Below, one piece after another: positions 49,510 through 58,263 of a stretch of 64,000 nt of DNA (positions are counted from its first letter, which is position 1; the number at the start of each line of letters is the position of its first letter). This stretch comes from an uncultured Gemmatimonadales bacterium. Its GTDB lineage: Bacteria > Gemmatimonadota > Gemmatimonadetes > Longimicrobiales > RSA9. The notes below the pieces were generated by a model. It made no database searches. It worked only from the letters and a program-made list of their open reading frames with translations, and had not been told where the DNA came from. The translations under genes and the position numbers were made by a program. Location of the stretch: contig CAWCUS010000006.1 of the NCBI GenBank assembly GCA_963798845.1, positions 1 through 64,000 of the forward strand, written 5' to 3'.

Positions 49510-51613
49510 TCAGCGCATGAGGGCGCGTCCCACCTCCACCGCCACGAAGACCGCGATCCCCGCGTACGCCGACCGCCTGGCCGCATCGCCGAATGAGCGC
49601 TGCTTCGGGTAGCCGCCCACGAGAGTCAGGAGGGCGAGCAGCGCCCACAGGACAGGGAGCACGATGAACGCCGCGGCGTTCAGGCCGAGGATCACCCATC
49701 TCCACCGGGGGCGTCGTGTCCAGGATCCCCGGCCTTCCCCGGGTGCTGAAGCAGTCGAGCTGCAGCTGGGAGATGGTGGTGCCGGCGCGCTCGGAGCTGC
49801 GGGCGCCGCAGTCCGGACAGCGGTGGGTGGCACGGTTGGCGTCGGCGTCGGCGTCGCCTGCGTCGTCGATGGGGTCGAGCCGGACGCTCCCGCACCGGGG
49901 GCACGCCTTGCGGAAGAACGCCTTCCTCAGCGCCCAGGCGCCGGCGAGAAAGGCGAGGATGAGGAAGATGAAGGTCGCGCGCTGGTCGCCGACGGGCAGG
50001 TGGAAGAACCCGGTCGGGCGCCAGATCCCCATCGTCATCAGGATCCCCGGATCCCCTCCTCGGACGGCCATGGCCAGGACCACGGCCAGGGGCAGCAGCG
50101 GGAAGAGGAGGGTGGGCGTGGTGTTCGAGGTGCTCGCCCCGACCTTGGAGCTGTGGCTCGTGTAAACGGCCGGATAGCTGGTGCGGAGCCAGTCGGCGTC
50201 CCCGAGCAGCGCCTCACCGCAGCGGCGGATGTGCTGCTTGTGGTCCGCCTCCATCCGGTCTCCCATGGTCGCCGCGAAGTACAGGCAGTCGACCACCTTG
50301 CGCCGGACCGACTCGTCGAACCGGTTGAGGAACTCGAGGGCGAGCGTCTTCCCCAGCTCGGGATGGAAGGAGGGGATGTCCTGGAACGCCTCATCATCCA
50401 GGAGCCGCTCGTGGATCTCCAGGCTGAAGAGCTCCCCCTCCAGCTCGTTCATCAGGTGATGGTAATGCTCCTGCGCCCGCTCCTTGTCGTCGTAGTCGCG
50501 CTTGTGCGCCAGGATCGGGTGCAGCAGCAGGATCACCGATGCCGTGTACTGCTCGTGAGGGGTGTAGCCCTCGAGGCGATCGATGATCGCGTCCCACTCC
50601 TCTTCCGGCACTTCCGGGAAATTCTCCCGGTCCACCGAGTACCGGTGGTTGACCGCGAACTGGAACCGCTCCTCCAGCCGGTCCGCATCCGTCAGCACGA
50701 GCGTCCGTCCGGCGACCTGGACGAACGGGATGGGGTTGAGGGAGAAGTAGCCGATTCCGAAGTCGTCGGGGATGGTGAAGCGGAAGTCGGTGTCGAGGGC
50801 CACCTGCGCGTGCGGGCCGATGTCCTCGTCCTCGTTGTCGTGGATGTCGCCCTCGAACGCCACCGCGTCGGGCTCCACCACCACCCCCGTGCGGAACGGT
50901 GCGGGGATCGGGATCCCGTACTCGTTGTCCATGAGCACGCTGGTTATGGTGAAGCAGCTGCCGGCGGTGAAGATCCCGTTCTTGCGGGTGCCGTCGTCCT
51001 CGATCGATACGGTGCTCGGGTTGAGGCCGCAGCCGCCGTCCAGGTACGGCATGCCGTCGATCTGCGCCACGTACTGCCGCTTTCCGGGCTGCCCTGACGG
51101 GCCGTTGATGCCGAAGGGATCACCCTTCCCGCCCAGTCCGCCGCTGCCCGCAGCCGCGGACAGGCGGACCGAAGGCAGGAGACGCGGATCCTCGGCCCTC
51201 ACCAGCACGGACCCGCCGTTGCCGCCCCGCCCCCCGTTGCCGCCCCGGCCGTCCTTCCCACGCCGCCCGGGCGGGTTGCCCGCGCCGCCCGCCCCACCCG
51301 AACCACCGTCCCCGCCGTGTCCGCCATTGCCGCCCGATACGTCGATGTAGACCGCGCCCGTCACCTCCTGCCGGTGCTCACCGCTGATGAGGAAGATGCC
51401 GCCATCCTCCACCACCAGATCGAAGCCCACGTCCTCCCCGTCGGTGGCGTGCGTGCCGTCCGTCGCGTCCGTGCCCGGCCGGCCGGGCTCCCCCTCCTTC
51501 TGCTCCTCCTGCCCCGTATGCGGGTTCAGGACCCTCCGCCCGGCCGCCCCAGCGTGCCCGCTCGTCCCGCTGAGGCCCCGTCGCCCGTCGTTCCCACGGA
51601 AATTGAGCTGCAT
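49510..51613 (-). CDS. Multidomain hypothetical membrane protein (Gly-rich repeats, TerB-like helical region, Zn ribbon, TMs) with an apparent frameshift at 49707-49711
   Basis: GGGGAG RBS; GxxGxxG tracts; CPRC..CPDC; removing one base of a C5 run joins it in frame to a 2-TM tail ending at 49510; as written the ORF runs to 49235 and overlaps the next gene. Confidence 0.7.
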
Positions 51614-51850
51614 TGCTCCCCCTGAACCACGTCAGGAGATCATGGACCCGGGACTGCGGCCCACACGGGAGGGGGCATCTGGACGGGCGCATCATAGGCC
51701 ACCACCTACCGGGCTGGCAACCTGAGCGCGACGGAGGCCGCGCTCTCGGCGGGCGCCCCGGCGGCGCGGGTCCGATGGCGTGGTCGCGAGGCCGACCGGC
51801 GGGGGCGCCCTGGCACCCCCGCCGGCGTGGCCTCCGTCAACTCGCCGGGG

Positions 51851-54800
51851 TCAGGATCCCACCCGCTCCAGCAGCGTCTTCACGGCAGCCTCGAGCTGCT
51901 GGTCGCGGCCGCGGCTCACCACGTCGTAGTCGTTCCAGACGGGCACATCCACCTCGGTCTGCCAGTTCTCGAGGTAGCGGCCCGTGTCGGCGTCCTTGAC
52001 GCCCATCCCGGGCACACCCCACACCACCCCGTCCTGGAGCATCTCCCACCCCGCGAACGTGCACGTCCCGGGCACGGGCTGGCCGACCAGCGGTCCGATC
52101 CCGAGGTGGCGGTACGCCCACGCGTAGCAGTCGCCGTCGCTGTACGCCGCCTCGTTCACGATCGACACGCTCGGCTTCGTCCAGCGGAAGTTCGGCTCGA
52201 ACCCGGTGCTCCGGGTGTCGGTCGTGTAGTTGAAGAAGCGCTTGCCGCTGAGGAACATGGCGAGGTCCGCCACCAGGTCCCCGCCCCCGTTCCAGCGCTC
52301 GTCCACGATGAGCCCTTCACGGTTCGGATACTTCCCCATGACCTCCTCGAACGTGGAGCGGTACGCCCCGTCGTTCATCCCCGGCACGTGCACGTAGCCG
52401 AGGCGGCCATGGCTGAGGCTGTCCACCTCCGCTTCGTTCCGCTCCACCCAGCGCCGGTAGAGCAGCTGGCCCTCTTCCCGCGGCGTGATTGGCTTCACCA
52501 CGAGACCCCGGACGGCGCGCGCGCCCGGATCGCGTACGGACAGGAGCACGTTCTTCCCGGCCTTGCGGTTGAGCTGGGCGGCGAAATCCACGTCAGCGCC
52601 GATCTCCTCGCCGTCGATCGCCGTGACGACCGCACCCGGCCGCACGTCCATACCCGGCCGATCGAGCGGACCCCCCTTCATCACCTCCACCACTTCCACG
52701 CCGGGGTCCGTCCGGGCGTAGTCGTAGAAGATCCCCAGCGAGGCGGTCTCGTCACCGTCGTCGGCCTGGCTCCGGAACCGGGCACCGCTGTGGCTCACGT
52801 TCAGCTCGCCCAGCATCTCGCTGAGCAGGTCGGCGAAATCGTACTCGTCGCCCACGCCGGACAGGTACTTCTCGTACTGCGGCCCGAGCGCCAGCCAGTC
52901 CACGCCGTGGTAGCCGGCGGTGTAGAACGTGTCGCGCGTGCGACGCCACACCCTGTCGAACAGCGCGACGCGCTCGGCATCGCCGTCCACCACCATCTCT
53001 CCGCGCACCTTGATGCTCTCGCGCTTCGCGCTGGACGGATCCACGAGCGACATGCCGCCATCGGACACCAGGAAGATCTTCTTCTGGGCGCTGTCCCATG
53101 CCATGGTCGCCCCGTTGGCGTTCAGCGCCAGCACCATCTTCGTCTCCCTGGTGCGCAGGTTGGTGGACCACAGGTTCATTCCCTTCTCGAACCGCGCCAG
53201 GTAGTACAGCGTCTCCCCGTCCTCGCTCACGAGCGCCCCACCCATGCGCGAGGAGTGGATCGTCAGCCTCGCCTTCCGGTCCTGGACACCGGCCAGCTCC
53301 AGCGCCACCGGCGGCGGCGGCGCGGCCTTCTGCTCCGCGTCCTTCCCGCCATCCTTCCCCTTCCCCTTCTTCGCTGCCGCTTCCGAGTCCTTCAGCAGCG
53401 CGTAGTCCGCCTCGCTCAGGTTGTAGCGGTCCCAGCCGTCGCGCGTGAAGAACATGGCATAGGCATCCGTCTGATCCCCGCCGGACATCGCCATGGACCG
53501 GAGGCCGTCACGGTCGCTCTGCCACAGCATGGCCTTCCCGCCCAGGATCCACGTCGGCGCGAAGTCGTTGAACCCGCTCTCCGTCAGGTTGATGGCCGGC
53601 TCGCCGCCCGCAGCCTTCACCAGCCCCGCCTCCCCGGGCGCCAGCCCCGGCATGGCATAGTCGAACAGGATCCACTGGCCGTCCGGGCTCCACTCGAAGT
53701 GCTGCCGCGGCCCGGTTCCGAACAGCTCCTCCTCCGTCAGGAGCGTGCGCGTCCGCCCGTCGGCCACGTCCCGGACCCGAAGGCGGTCGTAATCCTCGAT
53801 GTACGCGATCGACCTGCCGTCCGGCGAGTACTGCGGCTGGAAGTTCTGGTGCTCGTTTACGATCACCGGCGCCTCCGCCAGCACCGTCGAAGCGAAGAAG
53901 TAGGGCTCCTCCTGGCGCGTCCGCGCGGCCTGGTAGATGCCCCATTTCCCGCCGCGCTCCGAGGCGTACAGCAGCGTCCGGCTGTCGGGAGAGAAGACGA
54001 CGCCGGTCTCCGCTTCCGGCGTTCGCGTCACCTGCTTCGTCGTGCCGCCTTCCACCGCCGCCACGAAGACGTCTCCGCGGTAGACGAACGCCACCTCCTT
54101 GCCGTTGGGTGCCAGCACCGCCTCCCGCGCGTCACTGCTGAACGACTCGACGCGTGTGGCGTTGGTGGTGGCGTCGCCGGCGATGGTCACGTGGACCTGC
54201 TTCGGCTCGCCACCGGGCGCCAGCGTGAAGAGGCGCCCCGCATGCGCGAACGCCAGAGTGCCCTGATCCGACCGGCTGAGGAACCGGACCGGCCCGCCCT
54301 CCGTGAAGTGCGTCACCTGCGTGGACGGACCGCCCGAAGCCGGCATCCGGTGCACGTTGAGCGTACCGCTCTGCTCGCTCAGGTAGTAGACCGCGTCGTC
54401 TGCGTCGGCGAAGACCGGGTCACGGTCCTCGCCCTCGAAACTGGTCAGCCTCCGGTGGGTACCCGAGGCCGCGTCGTAAGCCCAGATGTCGCGCGCCACC
54501 GAGGACGTGTGGTGCTTCCGCCAGGCGTTCTCCTGCCCCTTCCGGTCCTCGTACAGCATCACCCGGCCGTCCCCGCTGAACGCCACCTCCTCCGCCGGGG
54601 ACGTGAGCAGCTGACGCGGGCGACCGCCATTGACGGACACGCTGTACAGCTCCGGCTGCGCGCCGGTGGGAAAGAGCCGGCTGTTCCCCACGTCGAGACG
54701 GGCGGCGCCGTATACGACGCTCGCGCCGTCCGGCGCGAACGCGTACGGGTACTCGTCCGCGCTGTGCACCGTCAGCCGCCTCGGCTCCCCGCCCTGCGCC

Positions 54801-55081
54801 GGCATCACGTAGACATCGAAGTTCCCGAAGCGGTCGCTGGCGAACGCGATCTGGAGGCCGTCACGGCTCCACACGGGCATGAAGTCGTGCGCCGTGTGGG
54901 CCGTGAGCCGCGTGGCCGCCCCGCCCGCGCTCGGGACCCGGTACAGGTCCCCCCGGTAGGCGAACACGAGCGTGGCGCCGTCCGGCGAAAGGGCGGGGTA
55001 GCGCAGCCACAGGGGCTCCTGCTGCGCGGTGGCGGGAACGGCGCAGAACAGGGCTGCGGCGAGCAGACAGATCCGGACCAT
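51851..55081 (-). CDS. Tricorn-like S41 peptidase (secreted)
   Basis: Signal peptide, PD40-type repeats (PALSPDG, PVWSRDG), ELNVSH, PDZ, D.RWNGGG and catalytic YSDGD. Confidence 0.93.
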   Translation of the reverse strand: MVRICLLAAALFCAVPATAQQEPLWLRYPALSPDGATLVFAYRGDLYRVPSAGGAATRLTAHTAHDFMPVWSRDGLQIAFASDRFGNFDVYVMPAQGGEPRRLTVHSADEYPYAFAPDGASVVYGAARLDVGNSRLFPTGAQPELYSVSVNGGRPRQLLTSPAEEVAFSGDGRVMLYEDRKGQENAWRKHHTSSVARDIWAYDAASGTHRRLTSFEGEDRDPVFADADDAVYYLSEQSGTLNVHRMPASGGPSTQVTHFTEGGPVRFLSRSDQGTLAFAHAGRLFTLAPGGEPKQVHVTIAGDATTNATRVESFSSDAREAVLAPNGKEVAFVYRGDVFVAAVEGGTTKQVTRTPEAETGVVFSPDSRTLLYASERGGKWGIYQAARTRQEEPYFFASTVLAEAPVIVNEHQNFQPQYSPDGRSIAYIEDYDRLRVRDVADGRTRTLLTEEELFGTGPRQHFEWSPDGQWILFDYAMPGLAPGEAGLVKAAGGEPAINLTESGFNDFAPTWILGGKAMLWQSDRDGLRSMAMSGGDQTDAYAMFFTRDGWDRYNLSEADYALLKDSEAAAKKGKGKDGGKDAEQKAAPPPPVALELAGVQDRKARLTIHSSRMGGALVSEDGETLYYLARFEKGMNLWSTNLRTRETKMVLALNANGATMAWDSAQKKIFLVSDGGMSLVDPSSAKRESIKVRGEMVVDGDAERVALFDRVWRRTRDTFYTAGYHGVDWLALGPQYEKYLSGVGDEYDFADLLSEMLGELNVSHSGARFRSQADDGDETASLGIFYDYARTDPGVEVVEVMKGGPLDRPGMDVRPGAVVTAIDGEEIGADVDFAAQLNRKAGKNVLLSVRDPGARAVRGLVVKPITPREEGQLLYRRWVERNEAEVDSLSHGRLGYVHVPGMNDGAYRSTFEEVMGKYPNREGLIVDERWNGGGDLVADLAMFLSGKRFFNYTTDTRSTGFEPNFRWTKPSVSIVNEAAYSDGDCYAWAYRHLGIGPLVGQPVPGTCTFAGWEMLQDGVVWGVPGMGVKDADTGRYLENWQTEVDVPVWNDYDVVSRGRDQQLEAAVKTLLERVGS

Positions 55082-55320
55082 GAATCGCTTCCGCGTTCGG
55101 GTGTCGAGGGAGGGGCCGAACGGAGAATATGAGGCACGCCGGAGCACCCGTCTACCGGCGCGCGGCGGCCTTGGGCGGGCAGTGGCCGGCCAGGCCAGCA
55201 GGGAGGTCACGCCCCGGCGCGACGTTCGCGGCTCGCCGTTCCGCTGACGGCCGCGACGTGCCACATTCCGGGGATCCGACGGGGCCGCGGCCCCTCTGCC
55301 ACTCCCGATCCCTACGAATC

Positions 55321-55884
55321 GTGAAGATCGCGTTCATCGGAAGTCACGGCGTGGGCAAGACCACGCTCTGCTTCGACGTGGCCGCGCGCCTGAAGCGGCT
55401 CGACCTCGCCGTCGAGCTGGTGAAGGAGGTGGCGCGCGCCTGTCCCCTGCCCATCAACCGCAACACCACGGTCGAGGCCCAGGCCTGGATCCTTCACTCG
55501 CAGATCGCCGAGGAGATCGTCGCGGCGGACCGCTACGACGTCGTCGTGAGCGACCGCTCCGTCCTCGACAACTACGCCTACCTGGTCCACCAGGCCGGGC
55601 GTCACCCCGCGTACGCCCCGCTCGTCCGCGAATGGATGGCCACCTACGACGCCGTGTTCAAGGTGCCGATCGTCGAGCCGCCGGCCTTCGACGGCACCCG
55701 CGACACCAGCGAGACCTTCCAGCTCGAGGTGGACGCTCTGATCGAGCGGCTGCTCGACGAGTTCGGGATCGCCTGCCACCGCCTCGACCCGTACGACCGG
55801 CCGTCATGGCCCGACACCGTCGTGCGCACCATGGGCCTGCCCACCACCCCTGCCCAGATGGACATCTTCACCGCGGCCGGGTGA
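55321..55884 (+). CDS. P-loop NTPase (AAA_28 / NadR-Ttd14-like kinase)
   Basis: KIAFIGSHGVGKTT, E.AR, DRSVLDNYAY and DG.R motifs. Confidence 0.85.
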   Translation: MKIAFIGSHGVGKTTLCFDVAARLKRLDLAVELVKEVARACPLPINRNTTVEAQAWILHSQIAEEIVAADRYDVVVSDRSVLDNYAYLVHQAGRHPAYAPLVREWMATYDAVFKVPIVEPPAFDGTRDTSETFQLEVDALIERLLDEFGIACHRLDPYDRPSWPDTVVRTMGLPTTPAQMDIFTAAG

Positions 55885-55894
55885 GCGCGGTGCG

Positions 55895-56782
55895 CTACGC
55901 CACGGAAGCTTCGTAGATGCTCCGGATCGACGCATCCAGCGCCGCGTCGAACTCCTCGTCGCTCTGCTGGGCGGTGAGCCCTTCCGTGAGCGCACGGGAG
56001 AAGCTGGCGACCACGCCCGGGTTCCGGGCGAGACGGGCGTTCGCCTCGTCGCGGCTGTAGCCGCCCGAGAGCGCCACCACCTTGAGCACTTTCGGGTGCT
56101 CCACCAGGTCGCGGTAGAAGTCGTCCTCGTCCGGCAGCGTCAGCTTGAACATGAGCGGGAGGTCGGCGCCGACGCCTTCGAGCCCGCGCAGCAGCGCGTC
56201 CCGCAGCAGCGCCTCCGCCTCCGCCTTGTCGGGCGCGTGTATGTCGATCTCGGGCTCCAGGATCGGGACCAGACCGCGGTCCATGATCCGGCCACCCACT
56301 TCGAACTGCTGACGCGCGATGGCATCCACGCCCGCGTCGTTGGCGCGCTTGATCACCGACCGCATCTTCGTGCCGAACATCCCGTTGGAAAGCGCGCGCT
56401 CGAGCACGCCATCGAGCCCCGGCATCGGCTTCATGACCCGCACGCCATCCGACTCTGCTTCCAGCCCCTTGTCCACCTTCAGGAACGGCACCACCCGCTT
56501 CTCGGACCAGAGATACTCCGCGCTGCCCCGGCCTTCGATCTCGCGATCCATCGTGTTCTCGAACAGGATCGCGCCCATGATCCGGTCGCCGCTGAACGCG
56601 GGGCTGGTGATGATGCGCGTCCGCATCTCGTGGATGCGGTCGAACATTTCGGTGTCGTTCGAGTACTCGTCCTCGCCGACGCCGTACGTCAGGAGCGCCT
56701 TGGGTGTGCTCCCACCGCTCTGGTCGAGCGCGGCGATGAAGCCATCCCCTTCGCGCACCTTCTCGTATTGCTCTCGATTCAT
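55895..56782 (-). CDS. Fructose-bisphosphate aldolase, class I (bacterial type)
   Basis: GFIAALDQSGGSTPKAL, VPFLKVDKGL, GTKMRSVI, PILEPE and ALSGGYS motifs. Confidence 0.95.
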   Translation of the reverse strand: MNREQYEKVREGDGFIAALDQSGGSTPKALLTYGVGEDEYSNDTEMFDRIHEMRTRIITSPAFSGDRIMGAILFENTMDREIEGRGSAEYLWSEKRVVPFLKVDKGLEAESDGVRVMKPMPGLDGVLERALSNGMFGTKMRSVIKRANDAGVDAIARQQFEVGGRIMDRGLVPILEPEIDIHAPDKAEAEALLRDALLRGLEGVGADLPLMFKLTLPDEDDFYRDLVEHPKVLKVVALSGGYSRDEANARLARNPGVVASFSRALTEGLTAQQSDEEFDAALDASIRSIYEASVA

Positions 56783-56896
56783 GGCCCGGCCTCCAGGTCG
56801 TTAAGGTCGTGAATGCGGACAAGATAGGCGCGCGAGCGCCCCGGCCCAAAATCCCCTCGCGCCGGGGCCGCCCGGCACGTTCCGCCGTCCTGCCCA

Positions 56897-57439
56897 TCAG
56901 TTCATGGAGGGGTCGTACGGCATGCGGGAAAGGGAGTGGTAGCGCGGGCCCTTCCGTTCCAGGACACGGCGCCACAGGGCGTCGGGCGCGGGCGTGAAGG
57001 CATCGTCCGCGCGCGCGGCCTCGACGATCCACGCACCGCTCTCCATCTCGGCGTCCAGCTGACCGGGTCCCCATCCCGCGTGGCCCGCGAAGACACGGGC
57101 GCGGCGGATCGCGCCCTCCGCGTGAGGGGGCACATCGCCCGTGAGGAAGCCGACTGACCCGAACACCACCAGGTTCAGCATCTCCGGGTCGGCCACCTCG
57201 GCCAGCAGGACTGGCTGGCGCGGCTCCACGGGCCCTCCCTCGAAGAGCGCCGCACCGGGCTCGACGAGCCCCGCCAGCGTCGGGACCGCTGCCTCGACGG
57301 TCACGTCCATTGGGCGATTCAGCACGATGCCTACTGCGCCGTCCACATCATGACCGCCGATCAGCACGACGGTGTGCCTGAAGTTCGGGTCGAACAGCCC
57401 GCCGCTCGAAATGAGCAGCTGCCCCTGCAGGCTCTCCAC
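56897..57439 (-). CDS. YqgE/AlgH (UPF0301) family protein
   Basis: DPNF..TV, G.VLNRP, GGPV, G.AGWGPGQL..E...G.W and P...W motifs. Confidence 0.92.
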   Translation of the reverse strand: MESLQGQLLISSGGLFDPNFRHTVVLIGGHDVDGAVGIVLNRPMDVTVEAAVPTLAGLVEPGAALFEGGPVEPRQPVLLAEVADPEMLNLVVFGSVGFLTGDVPPHAEGAIRRARVFAGHAGWGPGQLDAEMESGAWIVEAARADDAFTPAPDALWRRVLERKGPRYHSLSRMPYDPSMN

Positions 57440-57480
57440 GCGCTCCTCCCCTCCGCGTCAGGACGACGGCGCCCCGCTGC

Positions 57481-57711
57481 TCACTCGCTCTTCCCTTCGG
57501 CTTCCGACACCTGAACCCGCATCTGCTCCGCCACCCGCACCGCCTCCGCCACGGCCAGCTTCGCCCTGCCGATAATCGCCAGGCGCCGCCCCGACGTCGA
57601 TTCCTGCCCCGCGCCCTCCAGCGCCTCCAGTGTCTGCAGGTTCATCTGCACGGCCGACAGGGCGTCACGGAGGTCGTGCTGGAGCGGGCGGGGATCGGGG
57701 TCGGATGTCAT
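57481..57711 (-). CDS. Small stand-alone HisKA/DHp-like protein
   Basis: H-box-like LQHDLRDALSAVQMNLQTL in a two-helix 76-aa ORF; no ATPase domain. Confidence 0.55.
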   Translation of the reverse strand: MTSDPDPRPLQHDLRDALSAVQMNLQTLEALEGAGQESTSGRRLAIIGRAKLAVAEAVRVAEQMRVQVSEAEGKSE

Positions 57712-57769
57712 CGCGGATCACGGTATGGTTGTCGAGCGGCTCCCCTCAACAGACTGGCGGATCGGCCGC

Positions 57770-57785
57770 AGGGACGCATTTTGCA
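57770..57785 (+). promoter_or_regulatory. Possible sigma-54 (-24/-12) promoter
   Basis: AGGGACG-CATT-TTGCA has the GG-N10-GC spacing and resembles TGGCACG-N4-TTGC; about 50 bp upstream of the receiver gene. Confidence 0.35.
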
Positions 57786-57837
57786 TCATCCTGTCGCGGC
57801 CCGCCAGTTTCGTCTTGTTGCGAACGTCGAGGTGTTG

Positions 57838-58263
57838 TTGTCCATCCGCGTCTACATTGTCGAGGATCACCCGGTGATGCGGGAGACGCTCCGGGATTAC
57901 CTGGCGCTGACCGAGGACCTCGAGCTGTGCGGGATGGCGGACGACGCTGAGAAGGCCTCGATCGCGCTGGAGACGGCTGAGCCGGACGTGGTGGTCGTGG
58001 ACGTCGCGCTGCCGGGCCGCAGCGGTCTGGACCTGCTTGTGGAGATCCAGGCGCGGTGGGGCACGCCGTGCGTGATCCTGTCCGGCCACGGCGAACGGAG
58101 CTACGTGGGGCGTGCATTCGCGGCCGGCGCCCGGGGCTATGTCCTGAAGGGCAACCCTCTGGACCTGCCCCTGGCCATCCGTCGCGTGATGGAGGGCGAG
58201 GTGCACCTCTCGGAATCGCTGCGCGACAGGCTGGACTACGGAACGGAAGAAACTGGCGCATAG
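57838..58263 (+). CDS. Single-domain response regulator (NarL-type receiver without HTH)
   Basis: IVEDH, VVDVALP, LSGH and GYVLK motifs; ends right after the receiver; TTG/GTG start uncertain. Confidence 0.88.
   Translation: MSIRVYIVEDHPVMRETLRDYLALTEDLELCGMADDAEKASIALETAEPDVVVVDVALPGRSGLDLLVEIQARWGTPCVILSGHGERSYVGRAFAAGARGYVLKGNPLDLPLAIRRVMEGEVHLSESLRDRLDYGTEETGA

Noticed and set aside
51827..55132. 1101-aa plus-strand ORF and other long Arg/Pro/Gly-rich antisense ORFs across the window
   Set aside because: They are mirror frames of real genes, expected at high GC, and contain no recognisable motifs.
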